A DNA stretch of 44,255 nt from a virus (Duplodnaviria; Caudoviricetes), in the IMG/VR virus record IMGVR_UViG_3300033076_001027, positions 1 through 44,255 of that record. One strand, given 5' to 3'. The position numbers were made by a program, and so were the translations under genes. Each line of letters starts with the position of its first letter. Position 1 is the first letter of the stretch. The notes under the pieces are model-generated. The model had not been told where the DNA came from. It was given only the letters and a program-made list of their open reading frames with translations, and made no database searches. Below, piece after piece: positions 29,744-38,627 of the stretch.

Positions 29744-31384
29744 ATGCAACTCCGACCCCGTCAGATTGACTTCGTCAAGCGCTGCATGACCGCGCTTGAG
29801 ACCAAGGGCAACGCCCTCGGCATCGCGCCTACCGGCGCCGGCAAGACTGTCATGCTATCCGCGGTCGCCCACAGGATGGGCGGCCGGACGCTGATCCTTC
29901 AGCACCGCGACGAGCTCGTCGCCCAGAACCGGGCCACCTTCCGGGCCGTCGCGCCCGGCGTGGACACCGACCTTTACACGGCGAACCGCAAGCGATGGTC
30001 GCCGTCCGTCACCTTCGGCATGGTCCAAACCCTCTGCCGTAAGGACAACCTGGAGACCATGCCCAAGCTGGACCTCCTGGTGATCGACGAGGCCCACCAT
30101 GTGGCTGCCTCCAGCTACCGGAACATCATCAAGCGCGCCCAGGAGATCAACCCGTCGATCCGGATCTTCGGCGTCACCGCCACCCCGCAGCGCGGCGATG
30201 GCAAGGCCCTGCGCGAGACCTTCACCAATGTCTCCGATGTGATCACCCTGGGCGAGCTGATCCAGACCGGCTTCCTCGTGAAGCCCAGGTTCTTCGTGAT
30301 CGACCTGGGCATCGACGACCAGATCAAGAAGGTGAAGATCACTAACGACGACTTCGACATGGTCCAGGTCGCCGAGATCATGGACAAGCGGGCCGTCAAC
30401 GAGCGCGTCATCTCCGAATGGAAGGACCGCGCGATCGACCGGAAGACAGTCGTCTTCTGCTCGACCATCGCCCACGCCGAGCATGTAAAGGAAGGCTTCG
30501 TCGAGGCCGGATTCAAATGCGACATCGTCCACGGCGACCTTCCGGACGGGGAGCGCAAGCGCGTCCTGGCGTCCTTCGACAAGGGGGCCATCCAGGTGCT
30601 GGTCAATGTCGCGGTCCTTACCGAGGGCTGGGACTGCCAGGATGTCAGCTGCGTCGTGCTGCTGCGCCCATGCAGCTACAAGAGCACCATGATCCAGATG
30701 ATCGGGCGCGGGCTGCGCAAAGTGGACCCGGCCAGGTATCCAAACGCGGTAAAATCCGACTGCATCGTCCTGGACTTCGGCTGCTCGCTGATCACGCATG
30801 GATCGATCGAGACCGATCCGACTGTCGGCGTGGACAAGGAAAAAAGGGATGGCGCTACCAAGGCGTGTTCCAACTGCGGCGTCGAGCTGCCGGCTGCCAC
30901 TAAGATCTGCCCGATCTGCGGCCATGACCACAGTGAGGACCGGTCCCAGAAGATCCGGGACCCCCTGGAGTCCTTCGTCATGACCGAGATCCATCTGATG
31001 GAATTGTCGCCTTACCGGTGGCAGGACATGTTCGACGGGGCCGTCACCATGGCTAACGGGCTGGACGCCTGGGCCTGTCTCATCGACCACGACGGCATGT
31101 GGCATGCGATCGGTGGACTTGATGCAACCCGGGTAAACCTCCTTAACCGATCCCCGGACAAGCTCCAGGCCCTGGCGTCCGCTGACGACTTCCTCCGCGC
31201 GTACGGCAACAAGGACGCGGCCCAGAAGACCAAGCGATGGCTGGCGCAGCCGGCTACTGACAAACAACTGTCACTGCTTGGACTTGCGGGTGGCATGTAC
31301 TTCGGCATGACCAAGTACCTGGCGTCCTGCTTGATCACCTGGAAATTCAACGAACCACGCATCCAGCGAATCATCCTCAAGTAA
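29744..31384 (+). CDS. Superfamily 2 helicase with Zn finger (RadD/YejH-like)
   Basis: LRPRQ, APTGAGKT, DEAH, TATP, LTEGWD, QMIGRGLR, CxxC...CPxC. Confidence 0.93.
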   Translation: MQLRPRQIDFVKRCMTALETKGNALGIAPTGAGKTVMLSAVAHRMGGRTLILQHRDELVAQNRATFRAVAPGVDTDLYTANRKRWSPSVTFGMVQTLCRKDNLETMPKLDLLVIDEAHHVAASSYRNIIKRAQEINPSIRIFGVTATPQRGDGKALRETFTNVSDVITLGELIQTGFLVKPRFFVIDLGIDDQIKKVKITNDDFDMVQVAEIMDKRAVNERVISEWKDRAIDRKTVVFCSTIAHAEHVKEGFVEAGFKCDIVHGDLPDGERKRVLASFDKGAIQVLVNVAVLTEGWDCQDVSCVVLLRPCSYKSTMIQMIGRGLRKVDPARYPNAVKSDCIVLDFGCSLITHGSIETDPTVGVDKEKRDGATKACSNCGVELPAATKICPICGHDHSEDRSQKIRDPLESFVMTEIHLMELSPYRWQDMFDGAVTMANGLDAWACLIDHDGMWHAIGGLDATRVNLLNRSPDKLQALASADDFLRAYGNKDAAQKTKRWLAQPATDKQLSLLGLAGGMYFGMTKYLASCLITWKFNEPRIQRIILK

Positions 31385-32152
31385 ATGTTCCAGGACAACG
31401 CCCCCAATCCTGCGGCCTTCGTCGTCTCCCTGCTTGGCGACGCGATGACCGCCAAGCGCGCCGGCCAGGAGCGCCGGCAATACCTGGGCGCCTCCATGTG
31501 GGGCGACCCGTGTGACCGGAAGCTTGGCTTCATGTACCACAAGGTGAAGCCCGACTCCGACTTCAAGCCGGAGACCCTTCGGATCTTCGACATGGGCCAC
31601 GACGGCGAGAGCCGGATGGCTGAATACCTAAAGCTCGCTGGGTTCCAGCTGCTCACCGCCGGCGAGGACGGCAAGCAATTCGGCTTCTCGGCCGGAGGCG
31701 GCAAGCTCAAGGGCCACATCGACGGCGTCATCGTCGCCGGCCCTGGCGTGGTCGGGATCGCCTGGCCCGCTCTCTGGGAGAACAAGGCGCTGAACGACAA
31801 GGGATTCAAGGAGGCCGTCATGAAGGGGATCAAGGTAGCCAAGCCCCTGTACTACGCCCAGGCCCAGGTCTACATGGCCTACATGGAGCTCCAGGTCTGC
31901 CTGTTCACAGTCCAGAACCGGAACACCGGCGAGGTCCATGCTGAGATCATCCCCTTCGACGCGCGCGCAGCCCAGGAGGCCAGCGACCGGGCCGTCCGCG
32001 TCATCAGCTCCGGGTCGCCGCTTGAGCTGAACCGGATCGCCGCAGAGTCCACCGACTTCCGGTGCAAGTTTTGCGACTTTAGGTCCGTGTGCTGGACACA
32101 ACCGACATTTACCAAACCCCAACAAAACAAACCGAAATGGCTTCAAAGCTAA
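31385..32152 (+). CDS. Cas4-like PD-(D/E)XK exonuclease
   Basis: YLGAS...C, GH, GHIDG, WENK, YYAQAQVYM, CKFCDFRSVC. Confidence 0.88.
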   Translation: MFQDNAPNPAAFVVSLLGDAMTAKRAGQERRQYLGASMWGDPCDRKLGFMYHKVKPDSDFKPETLRIFDMGHDGESRMAEYLKLAGFQLLTAGEDGKQFGFSAGGGKLKGHIDGVIVAGPGVVGIAWPALWENKALNDKGFKEAVMKGIKVAKPLYYAQAQVYMAYMELQVCLFTVQNRNTGEVHAEIIPFDARAAQEASDRAVRVISSGSPLELNRIAAESTDFRCKFCDFRSVCWTQPTFTKPQQNKPKWLQS

Positions 32153-32454
32153 ACAAGCGCCTTATCAAGGAGCTGGAAACCGAGGGCAAGCGACTGCGGG
32201 CCTGGGTTGACGAATTCGCGGAAAACCTGGGCGAGGGCGACGAGGTCCTTGTCGCCGACGGCCTGGACGCCGCGATCGCCGGCATCTCCGAGGGCATGGA
32301 ACCGGTCGTGATCTACGACTGGGACAAGTGCATCGAGATCTTCCGGGTCCGCGACGGCATGTCCGAGGAGGACGCCCTGGAATACATGAGCTTCAATGTG
32401 ACCGGCGCCTATGTCGGAAAGCGCACCCCCATCTTCTGCCGGTTCATCCCATGA
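32137..32454 (+). CDS. Conserved-looking phage hypothetical protein
   Basis: ADGLDAAI..IYD...GMSEEDALEYMSFNVTGAYVGKRTP; ATG 32137. Confidence 0.75.
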   Translation: MASKLNKRLIKELETEGKRLRAWVDEFAENLGEGDEVLVADGLDAAIAGISEGMEPVVIYDWDKCIEIFRVRDGMSEEDALEYMSFNVTGAYVGKRTPIFCRFIP

Positions 32455-32837
32455 AACGCGCGCGCTTCAATTTCAAGGGCGTCGAGATGACCTACGCCCG
32501 GATGGAACGGATCAAGGCCCTGCTGCCCCTCATGCACCGGGCCAACGACAACAACATGAACATCAACCAGGCGGCCGAATGGATGGGCTGGTCGGCTTCC
32601 TCGCTCCGTAATTGGTCCAGGATCCTCGGGTTCCGCTGGAAGAACCGGCGCAACCGCCGGGGCTACAGCTACGACAAGACCGGCTGGGAGGCCAAGATCA
32701 TCGAGCTCCGCGCCAAGGGGTTCACCCACGCCCAGATCGCCAAGGCCCTGGGTGATGTCGGCGCACACAACATCTCCAGGTTCATCAAGGCCAACGGGCT
32801 TCAGATCCCGAACCGCAACAACGGGCTGCTGCCGTGA
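32451..32837 (+). CDS. HTH DNA-binding protein (two HTH motifs)
   Basis: INQAAEWMGWSASSLRNW and LRAKGFTHAQIAKALG. Confidence 0.75.
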   Translation: MKRARFNFKGVEMTYARMERIKALLPLMHRANDNNMNINQAAEWMGWSASSLRNWSRILGFRWKNRRNRRGYSYDKTGWEAKIIELRAKGFTHAQIAKALGDVGAHNISRFIKANGLQIPNRNNGLLP

Positions 32838-35116
32838 GCGACATCACAAAGGAAACGATCGACGCCTACCTGTCGGTCGTGCTCGGCAATCTTCCGGACC
32901 GGGGCTGGATCAACCTCCGCGGCCTTGGCGAGAAGGGCACCAGCCAGGAAGGCAAGTTCCGCGAGGACATCTTCATCGACCTGGCGCCCATCCAGGGCAA
33001 CACGGACGCCCTGTCCGAGGCCGTGGCCCGACATGTCACCCGGTGGAACGACAACGGCATCGGGTCGTTCATCGTGCCGGCGATCCTGTCGGAACCCAGG
33101 GGAGCGTCCAAGAATGTCTACGCCTTCGGATCCATCGTCGTGGACATCGACAGCGGGGACATCCCGGCAAAGATGGAGGTCCTGGCCTCGGCCCTTGGCG
33201 AACCCACCGCGGTCGTCTACTCCGGTGGCATGACCCAGGACGGGGTCCAGAAGCGACACGCCTATTGGACCCTTACCGACCTGTGCAAGGACATCCCCAT
33301 GCTGATCAAGCTGCGCCATCGCATCGCCCAGGGCGGCGGCGGCGACATGATGTTCGGGCTTGGGGTGGCAACCAATCCCTTCGGCCGGGCGCATCAGCCC
33401 GTCCGCATCGCCGGATCCGTCCACAACAAGAACGGCAAGAAGACCAAGGTGTCCATCCAGCCGGTCAGCTTGCGCATGTACAGCCTCCTGGACATGATCG
33501 CCGCAGCCGAACACCTACCGGCGCCCGATGTGGAGGTCCTGCCGAACGCCCCGGACGACGGCCCGGAGCCGGCATCTCTGGAAAGGAAGGCCCCGCTGGT
33601 CATGGACGAGAAGGTCTACGAGGGCGGCGACGAGGAAACCAACCGGTGGGCCAGGTTCAGCCGGGTCGCCGGCTATTACCTCAGCCTGGTGCGCAAGGGC
33701 GAATACACCCTGGACCAGGCCATGGATCTGACCCGGGTTTGGATGGAGATCAACATGGTCCCGCCCTGGGACCCGGCCAAGTTCCGGTCGGAATTCACCG
33801 GGCTGGCGAACAAAGACCGGGCCGAGAAGGGGGAGATCATCGCCCCTAAGAAGGAGGAGCTGAACCTGGACGACTGGATCGTCAACCGCTGGGACAACGG
33901 GCCGATCGAGCCCCGCCGGTTCCTGGTGTCCGACCTGGTCATGGACGGGAAGCACCAGCTGCTGGTAGCCGAGGGCGGCGCCGGCAAGACCTTCCTCATG
34001 CTTGACCTGGCTATCAAGGTCGCCACCTGGACGCCGGGTTGCGAAAACACCTGGCTTGGGCACAAGGTCAACTACGGCGGCAGCGTCGTCTACCTCACGA
34101 CCGAGGACGACGGCGAGGAATTGCGCCGGCGCATGAACGACATCGACCCCGACAACACCCGCCGGAAGCACAAGAATCTTCGCATCGTCCCGCTGATCGA
34201 GGCCGGCGGCAGCTTCGCCCTGGTCGAAAAGGATCTGAAGACCGGCGGCTCCGGGCCGAGCGAGCGATGGAAAGACCAACTCAAGAAGCTGGCAGCCATC
34301 CCGGATCTCCGGCTGTTCATGCTGGATACCCTCAACAGCACCCTGCATGGGGAGGAAAACGCCGCGATTATCATCAACGAATTCGTCCGCGAGCTGACCA
34401 AGGTCAGGGGCGGCCACGGCGCCATGCCGACCATCCTGGTCTCCCACCATGTGCGCAAGGCCGGGGACGAACCCATCCGGAATTGCGAGGACATGCTGGC
34501 CTCGATCCGCGGCAGCTCCGCGCTGCCGGCCGCCTTCCGCGCCGTCATCGGCATGTGGCACTGCCCGGATTACGACCGGCGCATGGCAGCCATGGACCTC
34601 CAGCCCCAGCGCAACATGCTCTACAAGCTGGGCATCGTTAAGTGCAACAACCCCGAGATGCTGAAGGGCGAGATGACCCTGCACCGGCAGCCCTGCGGGC
34701 TCCTGGCCGATGTCACCGACCAGGACCGGTACAGCGATGTCAACTTCAGCGAGCACCACGCCTGGCTCCTGGCCGCCCTGCGCGAGGCTGCAGCCGCCGG
34801 CCACCCCTATTCCCAGGAGAGCAAGAACGCCCGCTCCGGGCTCTACAAGCGACGGAACGAGCTCCCCCCTATCTTCAGCCATACCGGCCCAGGGGAATTC
34901 GCCCGCCTGGTGGACCACCTTCTCATGGACGGGCAGATCGTCGCCACCGCCGCCAAGGGCGGCCGGGACAAGAAGTGGCTGGACATCCCCGATGGCCCCA
35001 TCGCCGGCGACAGCGCCGGTGCCGAGCTCAATTCCGGCGCCTACACCCCGCCGATCTGGCGTGACTGGATCTTCGACGCCTCCGATAATTCCTGCCGAAA
35101 CAAATACCAAAAATGA
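32834..35116 (+). CDS. Primase-helicase (RepB-like primase plus AAA_25 RecA-type helicase)
   Basis: VVDID, PTAVVYSGG...HAYW, PVRIAGSVHNK; AEGGAGKT, YLTTED, MLDTL, SHHVRK, IRGSSAL. Confidence 0.9.
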   Translation: MSDITKETIDAYLSVVLGNLPDRGWINLRGLGEKGTSQEGKFREDIFIDLAPIQGNTDALSEAVARHVTRWNDNGIGSFIVPAILSEPRGASKNVYAFGSIVVDIDSGDIPAKMEVLASALGEPTAVVYSGGMTQDGVQKRHAYWTLTDLCKDIPMLIKLRHRIAQGGGGDMMFGLGVATNPFGRAHQPVRIAGSVHNKNGKKTKVSIQPVSLRMYSLLDMIAAAEHLPAPDVEVLPNAPDDGPEPASLERKAPLVMDEKVYEGGDEETNRWARFSRVAGYYLSLVRKGEYTLDQAMDLTRVWMEINMVPPWDPAKFRSEFTGLANKDRAEKGEIIAPKKEELNLDDWIVNRWDNGPIEPRRFLVSDLVMDGKHQLLVAEGGAGKTFLMLDLAIKVATWTPGCENTWLGHKVNYGGSVVYLTTEDDGEELRRRMNDIDPDNTRRKHKNLRIVPLIEAGGSFALVEKDLKTGGSGPSERWKDQLKKLAAIPDLRLFMLDTLNSTLHGEENAAIIINEFVRELTKVRGGHGAMPTILVSHHVRKAGDEPIRNCEDMLASIRGSSALPAAFRAVIGMWHCPDYDRRMAAMDLQPQRNMLYKLGIVKCNNPEMLKGEMTLHRQPCGLLADVTDQDRYSDVNFSEHHAWLLAALREAAAAGHPYSQESKNARSGLYKRRNELPPIFSHTGPGEFARLVDHLLMDGQIVATAAKGGRDKKWLDIPDGPIAGDSAGAELNSGAYTPPIWRDWIFDASDNSCRNKYQK

Positions 35117-35331
35117 ACGACCAAGAACGACTGAACGACCACATCAGCCACATCCTGGGCCGGATCACGCACCTGGAAGCCCAGGTCGCGTCCCTGGCCC
35201 TGCAGCTCGCGCAGCTCCAAGCTGCCGTCGCCATGCGCACCCGCACCTTCCCGGACGGGTCGCAACTGATCGAGACGCGCGACGGAACCACCATCGTGGA
35301 CGGCCCTGCTCCGTACAACAATGGACGCTGA
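35113..35331 (+). CDS. Hypothetical coiled-coil protein
   Basis: ATGA overlap with the primase stop; heptad pattern. Confidence 0.6.
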   Translation: MNDQERLNDHISHILGRITHLEAQVASLALQLAQLQAAVAMRTRTFPDGSQLIETRDGTTIVDGPAPYNNGR

Positions 35332-35977
35332 TTACACCGGACCGCAGCGCGGAAGCATCGACCGCAGCCTCCGTGATCGCGACTGGATCCGCGAGCTGAT
35401 CGACAAGCTGGTTGACCTGGAGACCGCCAGCCGGGCCAACAATCAAAAGATCAAGACCCTGTCGGCCGAGAACACGCAGCTGCGCAACAATGTCCTGGAC
35501 GATCCCAATCTGCGCCAGGCCTTCCTGGAGGCTGCGCACAAGGATCACCAGGCCTTGGTTGACCGGCATGCCAAGTCCGTCGAGCAATACAACAGCATCA
35601 TCGACCAGCACCTGGCGGTTAACGCCGACCTCAAGGCCGAGGTCGAGCGGCTTAAAGAGAACATCGACAAACTGTGCAAACACGGCGACCTTGAGATTGA
35701 ACGCCTCCGGGCCGAGGTCGAGCGGCTGAAGGGTATCATCCTTGCTCAATCCTCCGACTTTGTGCGAAGCAAGACTGCCGACGATGGCATCAAGCCCGAT
35801 GGTCACAACGACCTTGCTGGTCGGGCAGTCGAGCGTTGCCTTGAACTGCAAGCCGAGGTCGAGCGGCTCCGCAAGGCCGGGGATTGGATGCGTGAAGCCC
35901 TTGAAGAAGGCCCGATTGATTACCAATGCAGGATTGACCGCTGGAACGCCGCCAAGGAGGGCAAGCAGCAGCCATGA
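35321..35977 (+). CDS. Coiled-coil protein with three AEVERL repeats
   Basis: Overlaps both neighbours; LKAEVERL, LRAEVERL, LQAEVERL. Confidence 0.7.
   Translation: MDADYTGPQRGSIDRSLRDRDWIRELIDKLVDLETASRANNQKIKTLSAENTQLRNNVLDDPNLRQAFLEAAHKDHQALVDRHAKSVEQYNSIIDQHLAVNADLKAEVERLKENIDKLCKHGDLEIERLRAEVERLKGIILAQSSDFVRSKTADDGIKPDGHNDLAGRAVERCLELQAEVERLRKAGDWMREALEEGPIDYQCRIDRWNAAKEGKQQP
35636..35868 (+). repeat. Three exact 17-nt direct repeats GCCGAGGTCGAGCGGCT
   Basis: Copies at 35636-35652, 35711-35727 and 35852-35868. Confidence 0.9.
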
Positions 35978-36294
35978 TTCAATTCAACGACAAGCCAGGC
36001 TTCCTGGATAAGGACGACATCTTGAAGATCCAGCAGCATGAGATCGACCTTCTCCGCAAGGAGATCCGCGAACATGTCGCCGTGAAGGACATGCACCGCG
36101 AATACATCGACAAGCTTCTCAAGGAACAGATGGAGGGCTACAACGGCCCGACGCTGGACGACATTATGGGTTCCATGGCGCGAACCGGCGCCCATGAGGC
36201 CGGCTACTGGGTCACGCGCGCCTGGGCGCACATCACGATCGCCGCTATCACCGGCTCCCTTATCGGATTCATGATCGGACATTACACCAAATGA
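35974..36294 (+). CDS. Hypothetical protein with C-terminal TM helix
   Basis: ATGA-coupled on both sides; ITIAAITGSLIGFMIG. Confidence 0.65.
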   Translation: MIQFNDKPGFLDKDDILKIQQHEIDLLRKEIREHVAVKDMHREYIDKLLKEQMEGYNGPTLDDIMGSMARTGAHEAGYWVTRAWAHITIAAITGSLIGFMIGHYTK

Positions 36295-36497
36295 GCGAAC
36301 CCAACGAAAGAAAACTGATCTCCCAGCTGGCCGACAAGGACATGCTGATCCGGCGCCTGATCGAGGCCGGCAACAACATCGCGCTGCCCATCCAGGACGG
36401 CTGCGCCCACGACGAGGACGGCTGCGACCAATGTCACGCCGCCGTGGCGATCTGGGATCGCCTGGTCCGGGAGGCCACGCGCCATGGCAACAAGTGA
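36291..36497 (+). CDS. Small hypothetical protein with Cys/His cluster
   Basis: CAHDEDGCDQCH; ATGA-coupled. Confidence 0.65.
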   Translation: MSEPNERKLISQLADKDMLIRRLIEAGNNIALPIQDGCAHDEDGCDQCHAAVAIWDRLVREATRHGNK

Positions 36498-36618
36498 CGA
36501 GATCCAGGCCCTGGCTAAGGAGCTTGCGCAGCTCCTGGTGCACACGGCTCCAGGCCAATGGAACGCTGCGCGGATCCTGGCGATCGCGCGCCGGCTGCAC
36601 GAGCTGACCGGTGGCTAA
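36484..36618 (+). CDS. 44-aa helical protein (not in the ORF track)
   Basis: MATSDEIQALAKELAQLLVHTAPGQWNAARILAIARRLHELTGG; overlaps the upstream gene end; phage-like codons. Confidence 0.55.
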   Translation: MATSDEIQALAKELAQLLVHTAPGQWNAARILAIARRLHELTGG

Positions 36619-36759
36619 GGGATCGGAGGCGTCCTACTAGCGGGGCTACCGCCTGGCCGGCGTCCTCCGGCCTCCCTACCACCGGCCTTTCGGCCGACCC
36701 AGGCTGCTATGCGCCTGGGTATGATCAGAAACATGGGCGTGACCCCTAAAAAGGCACGC

Positions 36760-36820
36760 CCAAAACTTTTTTGAAATAAGCGCAAAATGCACTTGCATGA
36801 TCTGATAACACGGACATGTT
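36760..36820 (+). promoter_or_regulatory. Putative sigma70-type early promoter with UP element
   Basis: A/T tracts (AAAACTTTTTTGAAATAA), then TTGCAT (36793-36798), 16 nt, CATGTT (36815-36820). Confidence 0.5.
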
Positions 36821-36825
36821 CCCAT

Positions 36826-37645
36826 CTGTCGCCAGTACGGGACACGCTACCGACCGCGTCATGCGGGAGCTCAGCGGATCCTCGAAAACGGCCCGTTTTT
36901 TGACAGTCCAACCAAACCGACAAGACCTGGCATAGGCCAGGCACACACCCAGCTGGGCAACCAGCTGGGCCACTTTACCGGCCCCGTACGGGGCCACCAA
37001 CCGCATGAAACCGACACAACCGACTCCCTCAAGAGTCCGGGCCGGTAGCACCAGCTCATGGTAGCGACCCGGCCCGTCATGCGGATCCTTTGGCCCTGGG
37101 AATTCTCGGGGCCCGCATCGGTGCGATACTTACCAGGCCTAGGCCTCGGCTGGGGTCGCATGGGTGCGTCACTTTCCTCCCCCGCCGGAGTCTAACTGCG
37201 CGGACGGCAGCGCCCGTTCAACGCTATCTGAGGATCATGCCCCCGCGCTCTGCAACGGGGCCAATGCTTAACCAGGCTCCGGACCGGCTACTCCCACGGG
37301 ACATGCCGGACGCCATGGAAAACGCACATGCAGCGTGACCCATACCTGGCCCCAGATCACCTTTACGCCGGCTCCTGCCGGCTTGACTAGCCGGATACTG
37401 AGACCGCCCGCGCCCACTACATTTCCGGGTACACGGCGGTTTCTACGAACCGGCAGTCTTCACTTTCCGGCATAACGATCCTTCATGGATGGGACGCCGG
37501 CCAGAAAACAATGACCTGGAAGCCGTTCAGCCGTAAGGCTGGAGGACGACAAGACAGGGCGCCGGTGGCAACCGGCCCAGAAACACCGCGGATCAGTAAT
37601 ACAGGCTGTATCCACCGGCGCGCGCCGTCATCTCCGCGCCGGCTT
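36826..37645 (+). ncRNA. Candidate large structured ncRNA, or an array of structured RNAs
   Basis: No convincing ORF; more than 15 hairpins including GNRA-capped ones, plus nested long-range helices; ends just before tRNA-Glu. Confidence 0.6.
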
Positions 37646-37651
37646 AATTTA

Positions 37652-37726
37652 GCTCCCATCGTCTAGCGGTTAGGACACGCGGTTTTCATCCGCGCGACCG
37701 GGGTTCGATTCCCCGTGGGAGCGCCA
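37652..37726 (+). tRNA. tRNA-Glu (TTC)
   Basis: GCTCCCA/TGGGAGC acceptor, D arm GTCT..GGAC, anticodon arm CGCGG-TTTTCAT-CCGCG, GGTTCGATTCC, encoded CCA. Confidence 0.96.
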
Positions 37727-37736
37727 CTTTCTACTG

Positions 37737-38153
37737 ATGCGTAAGCAGCAGCCGACCCCCGTGGACACGGGCACACAGTCCACCGAAGCCGGCGCGGTTC
37801 AAGCCGCCGGCAAGCCGACCAAGTCCAAGTTTCACCGGGGCAAGGATGTCACCTTCAAGGTGAACACCAAGCTCACGACGAACCTCATCAACCTCGGTCA
37901 CATCGCGTACCAGGCCCTCGAAAAGCCTGGGCAGGACATCGACCTGGCGGCGTGCAAACGCCTCTGGATCTCCAATGTCCGATCGCTCATCGGCATCCGG
38001 CTCGCGGCCGGTGCGCGCGTCCCGGACATCAAGGGCGTGGATGTCGTCGCCTTCTACGGCGTCGAGGGCGCCAAGCCCAGCAAGACCGAGGCCGAGATCA
38101 AGCGACTGGAAGCCAAGCTCGCCAAGCTGAAGGCCAAGGTCGGCAAGAAGTGA
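37737..38153 (+). CDS. Basic hypothetical (putative early) protein
   Basis: Strong codon bias; K-rich coiled-coil C-terminus. Confidence 0.65.
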   Translation: MRKQQPTPVDTGTQSTEAGAVQAAGKPTKSKFHRGKDVTFKVNTKLTTNLINLGHIAYQALEKPGQDIDLAACKRLWISNVRSLIGIRLAAGARVPDIKGVDVVAFYGVEGAKPSKTEAEIKRLEAKLAKLKAKVGKK

Positions 38154-38157
38154 ACCC

Positions 38158-38191
38158 ACGGGGCGCTCATCCAAAACGATGGGCGCCCCGT
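38158..38191 (+). promoter_or_regulatory. 14-bp intergenic hairpin (possible processing site)
   Basis: ACGGGGCGCTCATC-CAAAAC-GATGGGCGCCCCGT, with no adjacent U tract. Confidence 0.55.
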
Positions 38192-38225
38192 CCTATTTAT
38201 GAGGGGCGATCCCTTTTTCCCAACC

Positions 38226-38627
38226 ATGAAACACAACCAACCCGGCAAGTGGACCGCGAGCGAGCTCGCCGACCATGCTGCCAAACAGGTTCCGGCTTAC
38301 CTTGACAAGCCGACCGAACGCCTGGTGCGGTATTACACCACGCGACAGATCCTGGACAAGCCCACCCGGACCGACGCCGACAAGCGCCGGGCCGTCTACG
38401 GCGAGCGCCAACTGTACCAGCTCCTGCTGGCCCTCGTGTTCAACTACGCGGGCCCGGGCGCCATCGAGGCCCACAGTCGCGGATACTTCCGCTTCCCCAC
38501 GACCTCGCAGACCGGTACGGAGCACGCGCTCCGGGATCTGTACCTCAATGCCATCGGGCCCGGCGGCATCGCCAACAGCGCTTACACGCTCAAGGTGAAG
38601 ACCAAGGTGAAGGGGGGTTCCAAGTGA
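38226..38627 (+). CDS. MerR-family HTH protein
   Basis: WTASELA...ERLVRYYTTRQILDKP...RAVYGERQLYQL is the MerR winged-helix pattern. Confidence 0.75.
   Translation: MKHNQPGKWTASELADHAAKQVPAYLDKPTERLVRYYTTRQILDKPTRTDADKRRAVYGERQLYQLLLALVFNYAGPGAIEAHSRGYFRFPTTSQTGTEHALRDLYLNAIGPGGIANSAYTLKVKTKVKGGSK

Noticed and set aside
31385-32152. Cas4-like gene as evidence of a CRISPR system
   Set aside because: No repeat-spacer array or other cas genes seen; solo Cas4-like nucleases are common in phage recombination modules.
309-35110. Many long antisense or alternate-frame ORFs (e.g. 309-2051, 2017-3510, 5194-6378, 29855-31267, 33515-35110)
   Set aside because: They overlap well-supported + strand genes and are expected from high GC3 codon bias.
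35636-35868. 17-nt repeats as a mini CRISPR array
   Set aside because: Repeats are short and in frame within a coding sequence, and spacers are unequal (58 and 124 nt).
37090-37338. 82-aa ORF and other short ORFs in the non-coding block
   Set aside because: TTG start, no phage-like codon bias or A/C leader; the sequence is better explained by RNA structure.
37228-37340. Possible second hammerhead (CTGAGGA ... GAAA)
   Set aside because: No G-C pair closing stem II and no U-H triplet after the putative stem III; the core geometry does not fit.
37652-37726. tRNA-Glu as an attP site or prophage boundary
   Set aside because: No integrase recognised, no duplicated tRNA 3' end seen and no host genes in the window.
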